From a virus, in the IMG/VR virus record IMGVR_UViG_3300045988_061988, positions 1 through 38,333 of that record: a stretch of DNA of 38,333 nucleotides; one strand, 5' to 3'. Under the pieces are notes generated by a model that ran no database searches, was not told the origin of the DNA, and saw only the letters and a list, made by a program, of their open reading frames with translations. Both the position numbers and the translations under genes were made by a program. Shown here piece by piece: positions 22,834 to 31,059 of the stretch; the stretch's first letter is position 1; each line of letters starts with the position of its first letter.

Positions 22834-23063
22834 TCCCCGATGAGGATGAACCAGAGCCGATAGACTTTACATGGTTCTACTTTATCGGGCGTAACAAACT
22901 TGGTTTTACATTTCATGAAGTTGGAAGATTGACACTGACAACTTTCAACCTGTTTTACAAACATTACAAGAACGATTTTGATTTTGAGCTGATGCTTGAA
23001 AAGACAGGAACAACATATGCGAATGCATATGAAAAATCACAGCATGAGGACGATTGGTTCTAA
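22480..23063 (+). CDS. Tail assembly chaperone frameshift product (gpGT-like), -1 shift at 22821-22827
   Basis: The -1 frame extension ...KKRIIPDEDEPEPIDFTWFYFIGRNKLGFTFHEVGRLTLTTFNLFYKHYKND... ends just before the TMP start. No independent start or RBS is present. Confidence 0.75.
22821..22827 (+). promoter_or_regulatory. -1 programmed ribosomal frameshift site A_AAA_AAC
   Basis: Zero-frame codons are gaa aaa aac. The -1 frame is open from 22803 to TAA at 23061-23063. Confidence 0.8.
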
Positions 23064-23075
23064 GGGGGTGAGTGC

Positions 23076-25505
23076 ATGGCATTAGGTGGTACCATTAAGC
23101 TGAAAGGCGAGAGCGAATACAGGAGAGCGTTAAGCCAAATCACACAGAGCTTGCGTGAAGTATCTTCTGAAATGAAGGTTGTCACGAGTACATATGACAA
23201 GAACGACACAAGCACCGAAGCATTGACAGCCAAGAGTGACGTGCTGAACAAGCGCCTTGAAGAACAGAAATCGAAGCTGAAACTTGTTTCTGACCAGTAC
23301 AAGGCATATCAGGATGCTGTTAAACAGTCAGCAGATGAGCATGCGCAACTCGGTGAAAAGCTCGAAAATGCAAAGGGAAAGCTTGCGAGTATTGAAGCGC
23401 AGCTTGGAAAGAACAGTCAAGAGTACAAAAATCAAGAAAAAGTTGTTAACGAGTTGCAGAAGCAGTATGACGAAAGCACCGCAGCGCAGGACAAGAACAA
23501 GAAATCACTGTCACAGCTTGCAGTGCAGATGAACAATGCTCAAGCGGACGTTAACAAGACAGCGAAAGAGATTGATAATCTTGGAAAAGAGTCTGACGGC
23601 AGTTCAAAACAGGTAAAGAATCTGTCTAACAATATGAATGATGCTGATGGCGCATCAAAAAAACTTGGTGATGGTTTCACAGTGCTCAAGGGTACAATGG
23701 CTAATCTTGCGTCACAGGCAATCAGCAAGGTTGTTGATGGTTTCAAGTCGCTTGTAAGTGGTGCTGTTGACTATCAGAAATCCATGGAGTATTACACGAC
23801 ATCGTTTACGGTCATGACAGGTTCAGCAGACAAGGCAAGCGAGACGGTTCAGAAACTTGCTGAAATTGGAGCAGCAACTCCATTTGATATGCCACAACTT
23901 GCAGATGCAACATCGTTGCTGATGAACTTTGGATTTAGTGCTGATGATGCGGTTGACAGTATGATGATGCTTGGCGATATCTCGCAGGGAAATGCAGACA
24001 AGCTAAATTCCATTGCAAGAGCGTATGGAAAAATGAACTCAGCGCAGAAAGTATCACTTGAAGACATCAACATGATGATTGATGCAGGATTCAACCCTCT
24101 ACAGGAAATCTCAGAGAAAACAGGAGAAAGCATGCAAAGCTTGTATGACAGAATATCAAAAGGTACAATGTCGGTTGATGAGATCACAGAGTCAATGAAG
24201 CGGTCAACGTCTGAAGGTGGTAAATATTTTCAGTCAATGGATGCACAGTCTCAGACTTTGGATGGCAGACTTTCGACATTGAGTGATACGATAAATTCAA
24301 AACTTGGCGAAGCATTACAGCCTATTTTACAAAAGGCTGCTGATGAGTGGATTCCAAACATCACAAATGCAATCGACAATATGGATGTTGATTCTGTCGT
24401 TTCTGTCATTGATGATATTGTTTCTGGTGTTGGTGATTTATTCGGATTCATCATGGATAATGGCGGTACGATCATTTCACTTGTTGCTGGCATTGGTACC
24501 GCTATGTTAACGTGGAACGTTGCAAGCATGATTAACGGTGTGGTTGGGGCTGTTAAAGCATTTCAGGCTGCTAATGAAGGTGCATCTATTGCACAGGCAT
24601 TGCTTAATGGTGTAATGAATGCCAATCCGATTATGCTCGTTGTAACGTTGCTTGCAGGACTTGTAGCCACAATCATCACGTTGTGGAACACAAACGAGGG
24701 ATTCCGAAATGCTGTTATAAACGTGTGGAATGCATTCAAAGACACGGTCGGAAATGTAATTACATCGGTTGGTGGATTCATAGACAACCTTATATCATGG
24801 TTTCAGGCTCTTCCAGGGCGTATTGGCGCATTCCTTGGTAATGTTATAAGCAACGTACAGAACTGGGCATCTAACATGGTTTCTAGGGCTTCTGAAGCAG
24901 GTTCTAACTTTGTCAATGGTGTTGTGTCATTTATCAGTGGACTTCCGTCTGCTGTATGGAATTGGCTGTCAAGTGCATTGAATAACGCATGGAACTTCGC
25001 AGGACAGTTGGCACAAGCAGGAGCAAATGCCGCATCTGGGCTTGTAAATAACATTATCGGGACAATCAGCAGTCTTCCGAGTCGGTTGTATAACTGGGGC
25101 GTTGATATGGTTCAAGGTATCGCAAATGGAATCAGAAGTGCAATCCATCATGTAACAAGTGCAGTTAGTTCAGTTGCAGACAAAATAAAGTCGTTTCTTC
25201 ATTTCTCAAGACCTGACGAAGGGCCATTGACTGAATACGAAAGTTGGATGCCTGACATGGTTGAAGGATTGAGCGATTCTTTAAGGAAGGCAAGTCCAGA
25301 GCTTATCAGCCAGACAGAAGCATTGGCGAGTGGAATGTCTGACGCATTCAATGCTAATGGTGGTGTTTCTGTAAGTGGTGGAAGAAGCTATGACTCTATG
25401 GTTGAAGCATTCAAGGATGCACTGTCACAGGTCAAAATCGAGATGGACGATGAAGAAATGGGACATTTCGTTGATAAAACTGTTACGAAATTGATATACA
25501 ATTAA
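23076..25505 (+). CDS. Tape measure protein
   Basis: 809 aa with an N-terminal coiled coil, central hydrophobic segments and canonical position. Confidence 0.9.
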   Translation: MALGGTIKLKGESEYRRALSQITQSLREVSSEMKVVTSTYDKNDTSTEALTAKSDVLNKRLEEQKSKLKLVSDQYKAYQDAVKQSADEHAQLGEKLENAKGKLASIEAQLGKNSQEYKNQEKVVNELQKQYDESTAAQDKNKKSLSQLAVQMNNAQADVNKTAKEIDNLGKESDGSSKQVKNLSNNMNDADGASKKLGDGFTVLKGTMANLASQAISKVVDGFKSLVSGAVDYQKSMEYYTTSFTVMTGSADKASETVQKLAEIGAATPFDMPQLADATSLLMNFGFSADDAVDSMMMLGDISQGNADKLNSIARAYGKMNSAQKVSLEDINMMIDAGFNPLQEISEKTGESMQSLYDRISKGTMSVDEITESMKRSTSEGGKYFQSMDAQSQTLDGRLSTLSDTINSKLGEALQPILQKAADEWIPNITNAIDNMDVDSVVSVIDDIVSGVGDLFGFIMDNGGTIISLVAGIGTAMLTWNVASMINGVVGAVKAFQAANEGASIAQALLNGVMNANPIMLVVTLLAGLVATIITLWNTNEGFRNAVINVWNAFKDTVGNVITSVGGFIDNLISWFQALPGRIGAFLGNVISNVQNWASNMVSRASEAGSNFVNGVVSFISGLPSAVWNWLSSALNNAWNFAGQLAQAGANAASGLVNNIIGTISSLPSRLYNWGVDMVQGIANGIRSAIHHVTSAVSSVADKIKSFLHFSRPDEGPLTEYESWMPDMVEGLSDSLRKASPELISQTEALASGMSDAFNANGGVSVSGGRSYDSMVEAFKDALSQVKIEMDDEEMGHFVDKTVTKLIYN

Positions 25506-25506
25506 G

Positions 25507-26220
25507 GTGGTGAAAGATGTGCGAAACTATGTAATTCAAAATGGACTTGACAGCAAATATATCAGCGGATTACTGATTCAGGAATTGCCGTCAATTAGTA
25601 AGCCTTTGATGCGTACAAGCATTGAACAGATAGATGGCCGTGATGGTGACGTTATCACAAGGCTTGGCTATTCAGGCTACGATAAAAAAATGAAAATCGG
25701 TCTATTTGGAGATTATGACATTGACGAAATCATTTCGTTCTTTAATACGAGCGGAATAGTCACGTTTTCAAATGAACCAGAAAGATATTACAAATATGAC
25801 ATTCTTGATGCTGTCGATTATGAACGCCTTATGAGGTTCAGAACGGCTGAGATCACGTATCATGTACAACCTTTCAAGTACAGCACGATGGAAAAAATGA
25901 AGGTGTTTGACAATCCAACCGGAGCTATTACCGTTAGAAATAACGGCAATTATGTTTCCAAACCGATTATTCATATCAAGGGTTCAGGTATTATCAACCT
26001 GTCATTGAATGGCGTGCAGTTGTTCCGTATTGATTTGAGCACGACAAATTCTATCACCATAGACACAGAAAGGCTTGAGGCGTATAATGATGATGCATTG
26101 ATGAACCGATACGTTGTCGGAAATTACGACAAATTTGTGTTGAAAGTTGGGTCTAATTCCGTGTTATGGGATGGACAGCTGACATATATTGCATTTGAAA
26201 ATGCATCGAGGTGGATTTAA
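25507..26220 (+). CDS. Distal tail protein (Dit, siphovirus tail component)
   Basis: GTG start directly after TMP. ...IEQIDGRDGDVITRLGYSGYDKKMKIGLFG... fits the Sipho_tail family pattern. Confidence 0.75.
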   Translation: MVKDVRNYVIQNGLDSKYISGLLIQELPSISKPLMRTSIEQIDGRDGDVITRLGYSGYDKKMKIGLFGDYDIDEIISFFNTSGIVTFSNEPERYYKYDILDAVDYERLMRFRTAEITYHVQPFKYSTMEKMKVFDNPTGAITVRNNGNYVSKPIIHIKGSGIINLSLNGVQLFRIDLSTTNSITIDTERLEAYNDDALMNRYVVGNYDKFVLKVGSNSVLWDGQLTYIAFENASRWI

Positions 26221-26558
26221 TGGAAAAGACGAATCTTGAAATGATCAAGGGTGACACATTGAGTTTTGCGGTTGAGATTGAATTCGATGACAAACCGCAG
26301 GAGCTTGAAAAGGCGTTCTTCACGTGCAAAAAGAATCTTGATGATGGCGATGCCTTATTCCAGAAAACGCTTGAAGATGGTATCTCATTCAGGAAGCAGG
26401 AGCGCAACAAGATGTATTACGTGGTGCGAATCGCGCCTGAAGATACAAATGATATTGAAGCAGGACATTATTTTTACGACATGCAAATTGAACTTAACAA
26501 TGATGTGTTTACTATCCTGACAGGTACATTGAAAATACGATATGGAATCACGGATTAG
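26220..26558 (+). CDS. Small beta-rich structural protein, paralog A1 (baseplate/fibre-associated)
   Basis: TAATG overlap with Dit. Shares the pattern GD...F.....K...L.DG......Y...I.PEDT..I..G.Y.YD with 26849..27202. Confidence 0.6.
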   Translation: MEKTNLEMIKGDTLSFAVEIEFDDKPQELEKAFFTCKKNLDDGDALFQKTLEDGISFRKQERNKMYYVVRIAPEDTNDIEAGHYFYDMQIELNNDVFTILTGTLKIRYGITD

Positions 26559-26570
26559 GGGGTGCATAAA

Positions 26571-26840
26571 ATGGGCGAATACTTTACAAAACCTGTATGC
26601 AAAATCTTGATGTTGAAAGGTGAAAATGGCCAAAAAGGCGAAAGAGGCCCGAAAGGTGAAAATGGCCTGAATGGTAAAGATGGCCTTAACGGCGAAAAAG
26701 GGGAAGGCATTCCAACAGGGGGGACAACAGGACAGTTTTTGAAAAAGAAAAGCAACACCGATTATGAATATGAGTGGGCTGATATTACTCCAACCTCATT
26801 TATTTCAAACGATGAAATCGATGCTATCATGAAAGAGTAG
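26571..26840 (+). CDS. Collagen-like tail fibre protein
   Basis: Thirteen consecutive Gly-X-Y triplets (GENGQKGERGPKGENGLNGKDGLNGEKGEG...) followed by GGTTGQFLKKKSNTDYEYEW. Confidence 0.75.
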   Translation: MGEYFTKPVCKILMLKGENGQKGERGPKGENGLNGKDGLNGEKGEGIPTGGTTGQFLKKKSNTDYEYEWADITPTSFISNDEIDAIMKE

Positions 26841-26848
26841 GTGATGAC

Positions 26849-27202
26849 ATGGAACACATTACAATGCCGAGAGGTGACTTGCGAAATATTCATTTTACCG
26901 TTCACGATGCAAACGATGCAGAGGTAAGCCAAGGATTCACTCAAATTACTTTTACAGTAAAAGCAAATACGTTGGCTCGAAAAGTTATCATCCAGAAAAA
27001 GCTTACTGATGGAACGATAACTAAAGATGGAAATGTATATTCATTCTCAATAATGCCGGAAGATACAGACAAAATTAATTTTGGCACTTATTATTATGAT
27101 ATCGAGCTTATTAGAGGTGACAAGATACATCAGACGTTTGTAGGAAAACTAATTATCACGGAAGAAGTCACGTTCGCATGTGATACCGAAAAAGGGGTGT
27201 AA
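26849..27202 (+). CDS. Small beta-rich structural protein, paralog A2
   Basis: Paralog of 26220..26558 (see the shared pattern there). Confidence 0.6.
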   Translation: MEHITMPRGDLRNIHFTVHDANDAEVSQGFTQITFTVKANTLARKVIIQKKLTDGTITKDGNVYSFSIMPEDTDKINFGTYYYDIELIRGDKIHQTFVGKLIITEEVTFACDTEKGV

Positions 27203-27205
27203 AGC

Positions 27206-27541
27206 ATGGATGATTACAAGATTATCATGCTTGCGGACGATGATCATTTAACTTTGAAAATGGATACCGTTTCAGTTGTCGGGACAGACGATTATAACGA
27301 ATTAGCAAATATTCCTAAAATCAACAATGTTGAAGTAAAAGGAATCAAAACGCTTGCAGATTATGATATTGAGAGCGCAAGCGAAGCAAAAAAAGAACAT
27401 GAAACATTGAATAGCAAAATTGATAAACATGCAAGCAGCAGCGATATGCATGTTACACTAACAGATAGGTTGAAATGGGATAGCGGTACGACGTATACTG
27501 TTAGCGAAGGAAATCTGATTATAGGAGGAAAAAAACAATGA
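27206..27541 (+). CDS. Tail fibre/baseplate component
   Basis: DDYNELANIPKINNVEVKG...H.TLTDRLKW motifs are common in Firmicutes phage fibre proteins. Confidence 0.55.
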   Translation: MDDYKIIMLADDDHLTLKMDTVSVVGTDDYNELANIPKINNVEVKGIKTLADYDIESASEAKKEHETLNSKIDKHASSSDMHVTLTDRLKWDSGTTYTVSEGNLIIGGKKQ

Positions 27542-28116
27542 CAGCAATTTCAGAAATCACATTACCTAATGGAGCGACTTACGACATCAAAGATGCAACA
27601 GCAAGAAATGAAATCAGTATGCTAAAGGGCTCTAATACAGGCGCTATGCATTACGCAGGAGTTACAGAAACGGCACTTGCAGATGGCTCTAGCACATCAC
27701 CAATTAAGATCAATAAGGTAGATTATACGCCATCAAACGGTGACGTTGTAATTTACGGAACGCTTGAATTTGTATGGTCTACATCTGATAACAAGTGGCA
27801 CGAGTTTGGTAGTACGGGCAGTCTTAAGGGACTAGCATTCAAGGATTCTGCGAGTGTATCCTATACACCGGCAGGTTCAGTTTCAGCACCAACTGTTTCG
27901 GTTGCTGTAAACACAGCGAGTGTTACGCCTATGAGTGATGTAGGCACATTGCCAAGTTTCACGGCATCGGTTGCAAATGAGACTCTAACACTTGGATTCT
28001 CAGCAGGTTCTTTGCCAACAAAAGGAACAGCAGTAGAGGTTGCCACAGGAATTAAGTCTGCTAGTGCATCCGCACCAAAATTCACAGGTGGTGCTTCAAC
28101 AATTACAGTGAAATAA
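27538..28116 (+). CDS. Tail fibre protein (Ser/Thr/Ala/Val-rich beta repeats)
   Basis: N-terminus ISEITLPNGATYDIKDATAR is shared with the next gene. The C-terminal half is low-complexity beta-strand sequence. Confidence 0.65.
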   Translation: MTAISEITLPNGATYDIKDATARNEISMLKGSNTGAMHYAGVTETALADGSSTSPIKINKVDYTPSNGDVVIYGTLEFVWSTSDNKWHEFGSTGSLKGLAFKDSASVSYTPAGSVSAPTVSVAVNTASVTPMSDVGTLPSFTASVANETLTLGFSAGSLPTKGTAVEVATGIKSASASAPKFTGGASTITVK

Positions 28117-28130
28117 GGAGGGTGGCTTGA

Positions 28131-28427
28131 ATGGCTGATATATCAAGTATCGAACTTCCAAACGGCACAACATACGTTGTCAAGGATGCTACAGCCAGAA
28201 GCCATATAGGAGATAAAAGCAATCCTCATAGAGTGACTAAAGAACAAGTTGGACTAAGCAACGTTGCAAACTATGATCAATCAAAAGCAATCAAAAGCAT
28301 TACAAGGTCAGGAACAACATTTACAGCAACGGCATTGGATGGAACAACTACTACATTTACTCAGCAAGACAACAACACTACATATTCAGCAATTACTAAC
28401 GAAAAGATTGATTCTATATGTGTATAG
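28131..28427 (+). CDS. Tail fibre protein
   Basis: N-terminus ISSIELPNGTTYVVKDATAR. The motif NPHRVTKEQVGLSNVANYDQS is typical of fibre proteins. Confidence 0.65.
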   Translation: MADISSIELPNGTTYVVKDATARSHIGDKSNPHRVTKEQVGLSNVANYDQSKAIKSITRSGTTFTATALDGTTTTFTQQDNNTTYSAITNEKIDSICV

Positions 28428-28444
28428 AAAGGGGAAACTGAAAA

Positions 28445-28930
28445 ATGGCTTTTTTAGATGAAAAGGGCTTGACGTATTTTTGGGGTAAGGTTAAGGAAGT
28501 CTTTTGTAAAAAAAGTGACGTTCTCAGCTATTCTGGTATCAATTCTAGCTCGAACCTAACTGATAAAATTGCAGGAGCAAGCGCTCTGAAGGATGTGTTT
28601 ACTCCAAAACTTATATGGTCAAATGCAGCACCAAGTGCAGAATTTGAAAGTCAGACTATTACTCTAAGTAGCAACTACGATGCGATACTGATTGTATACA
28701 AAACATGGAGCGGCGAAAACAATATGTCCATTAGAATGGTATTCAACAACAACACCAATGCAGAATTACTTTCTGCCGACACTCACATAGCTTACCGAAG
28801 ATGCAAACTGAACGGTAATGCTCTGCTTTTTGAAAAAGGGAAACATATCCTAGACTATGGAAGTGAGCGAGTACATAATGGACTAATAGTGCCAACACAT
28901 GTATATAGCTTAAGCTTAAAGAGAGGTTGA
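28445..28930 (+). CDS. Tail fibre tip / receptor-binding candidate
   Basis: N-terminus LDEKGLTYFWGKVKE is typical of fibre proteins. Last large gene of the fibre cluster. Confidence 0.5.
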   Translation: MAFLDEKGLTYFWGKVKEVFCKKSDVLSYSGINSSSNLTDKIAGASALKDVFTPKLIWSNAAPSAEFESQTITLSSNYDAILIVYKTWSGENNMSIRMVFNNNTNAELLSADTHIAYRRCKLNGNALLFEKGKHILDYGSERVHNGLIVPTHVYSLSLKRG

Positions 28931-28931
28931 C

Positions 28932-29207
28932 ATGAGATACACAATTAATACTGATGAAAATGGTTATATTCTATCAATTGCAAATACAGAAAATGACAAA
29001 GATGAAATTGATTTAGACGCACTAGATTTAAACTTTCTAAACTGCTACAAGTATGAAAGCGGAAAAACATTCCTAGATGATACAAAAAAGCAGAAAATGA
29101 TGGAAGAAGAAAAAAACAAACCATATGTTGCAACCTATGGTGAAAGACTGGATGCTATTGATTCAGCAATTGAAGCTCTTGCTGAAATGATAGGAGGAAG
29201 CGAATAA
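28932..29207 (+). CDS. XkdW-like small protein (tentative)
   Basis: Size and position after the fibre genes, and before an XkdX-like micro-ORF. Confidence 0.35.
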   Translation: MRYTINTDENGYILSIANTENDKDEIDLDALDLNFLNCYKYESGKTFLDDTKKQKMMEEEKNKPYVATYGERLDAIDSAIEALAEMIGGSE

Positions 29208-29317
29208 TGGTCAAATGGTATTTATTACAAATTCATATGAACCGTATGACATTGGAAGAAGTGCCTAAGAGATGGCATGATGCAGTGGCAGAAGCATTGA
29301 AGAAGACAAACAGTTAA
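29207..29317 (+). CDS. XkdX-like micro-protein (36 aa), not in the ORF track
   Basis: TAATG overlap with the upstream gene. Translation is MVKWYLLQIHMNRMTLEEVPKRWHDAVAEALKKTNS. Such small proteins typically close tail-fibre clusters. Confidence 0.45.
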   Translation: MVKWYLLQIHMNRMTLEEVPKRWHDAVAEALKKTNS

Positions 29318-29347
29318 CTCAAGCTGAGGTAAAAGGTTTAACAATAC

Positions 29348-29368
29348 AGGCGCATTGAGCGCCTTTTT
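29348..29368 (+). terminator. Rho-independent terminator closing the fibre cluster
   Basis: AGGCGC-attga-GCGCCT followed by TTTT. Confidence 0.7.
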
Positions 29369-29396
29369 AGTATAATAAATATAAGCGAGGTGTAAG

Positions 29397-31058
29397 ATGA
29401 TAAAGCTATTTGGAACAACAGACAAGGATTTTTCAAGCAATGGCGATGCAGTAATTCAGCCATTCAAAGCAAAAGTCCATAAAGAGGACAACGGAAAATT
29501 CTATATTAATATTGAAACAGACATATCATATGTTGACATTTTGACAGAAAATAGAATTATCGTTGCAGATACTCCACAAGGCGCACAGGCATTTCGTATT
29601 AAGAATCCAGAAAAGACAAAAAACAAAATCACAATCAAGGCACCGCATATTTCATATGATGCAGAAAACTATGTGATTGCAGACAGTTATGTTGTTGATA
29701 AAAGTTGCAACGATGCGATGGATCATTTGAACAGCGCCACTGATAATCCTAGCCCGTTTCAGACGGTGTCTGATATTGCAGAGGTAAATTCATATAGATG
29801 TGTGAGAACATCGCTGTATGACGCTTTTAGCACGGTTCTGGAGCGTTGGGGCGGACACTTTGTGCGTGACAATTACAGGTTTGGTATCATGAGTACTATC
29901 GGACGTGACAACGGTGTGACTGTACGATACAAAAAGAATCTGAAGGAAATGACTTGCACGGCGAACTGGGATAATGTTGTTACAAAACTAATGCCAGTTG
30001 GTAAAGATGGCTTGCTTTTGGATGAGGTCTATCTTTATAGCAAGACACAGTATGATATTCCTTTTACAAAAGTGGTATCTTTCAATCAGAATGTAGATCA
30101 AGACCTATACAAGGATGCGGAAGGGCATCTTGATGAGACGGCATATAACAATGCACTTATTGATGATTTGAGAAAGCAGGGGCAGGAATATGTTGATGCT
30201 AATTGCGTGCCGAAAGTGAATTACACACTAAAAGCAAACGTAGAAAAATTGACAGACATTGGAGATACAATCGAAGTCGTTGACGAGCCGATGGGTGTGG
30301 ATATTACAACACATGTTATTTCGTACGACTATGATTGCATTCTGGGGAAGTATACGGAGCTTGAGTTTGGGAACTTTCAACAAAAAGTTTCTGACCTTAT
30401 GGGAACAGTAAACTCAACAATTCAGCAGAGTGTTGAGAAGAACAATTCTGCTTTACAGGTTGTGTTTTCCGATGCAATTCAACATGCTCAGGAAACAATT
30501 CTAGGCATGCTTGGCAATTCGTATGTTGTGTATGAAGGAGACAAAATTCTTGTGGTTGATGCATTACCAAAGGAAGAAGCACACCACGTTATTATGATCA
30601 ACAGCGGTGGGATTGCTTTTTCAAGCACTGGCATCAATGGAGCGTTCGAGAGTGCATGGACGATTGACAATGTGCTGAATATGCAACATATTAATGTTAT
30701 CAATTTAGTTGCGGATATGATTAAAGGCGGAACATTGAAGCTTGGCTCTAACCTTAACCAGAATGGACAAATTGAAGTCTACGACGAAGCAAACAATCTG
30801 ATTGCAAAACTGGACAAAAACGGGCTTATTATGTATGGACTTGATGGCTCATATCTGGTTGTCAATAATTATGTAGGTTTTGCAGGATATGACCGCACGG
30901 GCGCTAAAACATTCTGGGTTTCAGGTGACGAGTTTCATCAAAAAAAATCGGTAATTGAAGAAGAGATCACGTTATGTAACAGGGCAAGGTTTATTCCGAT
31001 AACTGTTAAGGATGGCGATACTGTTACAAATGACGGTATCGGTATAGTAGGAGTATGA
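29397..31058 (+). CDS. Tail-associated lysin / minor structural protein (Tal, prophage-tail endopeptidase family)
   Basis: N-terminus MIKLFGTTDKDFSSNGDAVIQPFKAKVHKEDNGKFYINIETD is typical of the minor-structural-protein N-terminal region. C-terminus VADMIKGGTLKLGSNLNQNGQIEVYDEANNLIAKLDKNGLIMYG. Confidence 0.7.
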   Translation: MIKLFGTTDKDFSSNGDAVIQPFKAKVHKEDNGKFYINIETDISYVDILTENRIIVADTPQGAQAFRIKNPEKTKNKITIKAPHISYDAENYVIADSYVVDKSCNDAMDHLNSATDNPSPFQTVSDIAEVNSYRCVRTSLYDAFSTVLERWGGHFVRDNYRFGIMSTIGRDNGVTVRYKKNLKEMTCTANWDNVVTKLMPVGKDGLLLDEVYLYSKTQYDIPFTKVVSFNQNVDQDLYKDAEGHLDETAYNNALIDDLRKQGQEYVDANCVPKVNYTLKANVEKLTDIGDTIEVVDEPMGVDITTHVISYDYDCILGKYTELEFGNFQQKVSDLMGTVNSTIQQSVEKNNSALQVVFSDAIQHAQETILGMLGNSYVVYEGDKILVVDALPKEEAHHVIMINSGGIAFSSTGINGAFESAWTIDNVLNMQHINVINLVADMIKGGTLKLGSNLNQNGQIEVYDEANNLIAKLDKNGLIMYGLDGSYLVVNNYVGFAGYDRTGAKTFWVSGDEFHQKKSVIEEEITLCNRARFIPITVKDGDTVTNDGIGIVGV

Positions 31059-31059
31059 T

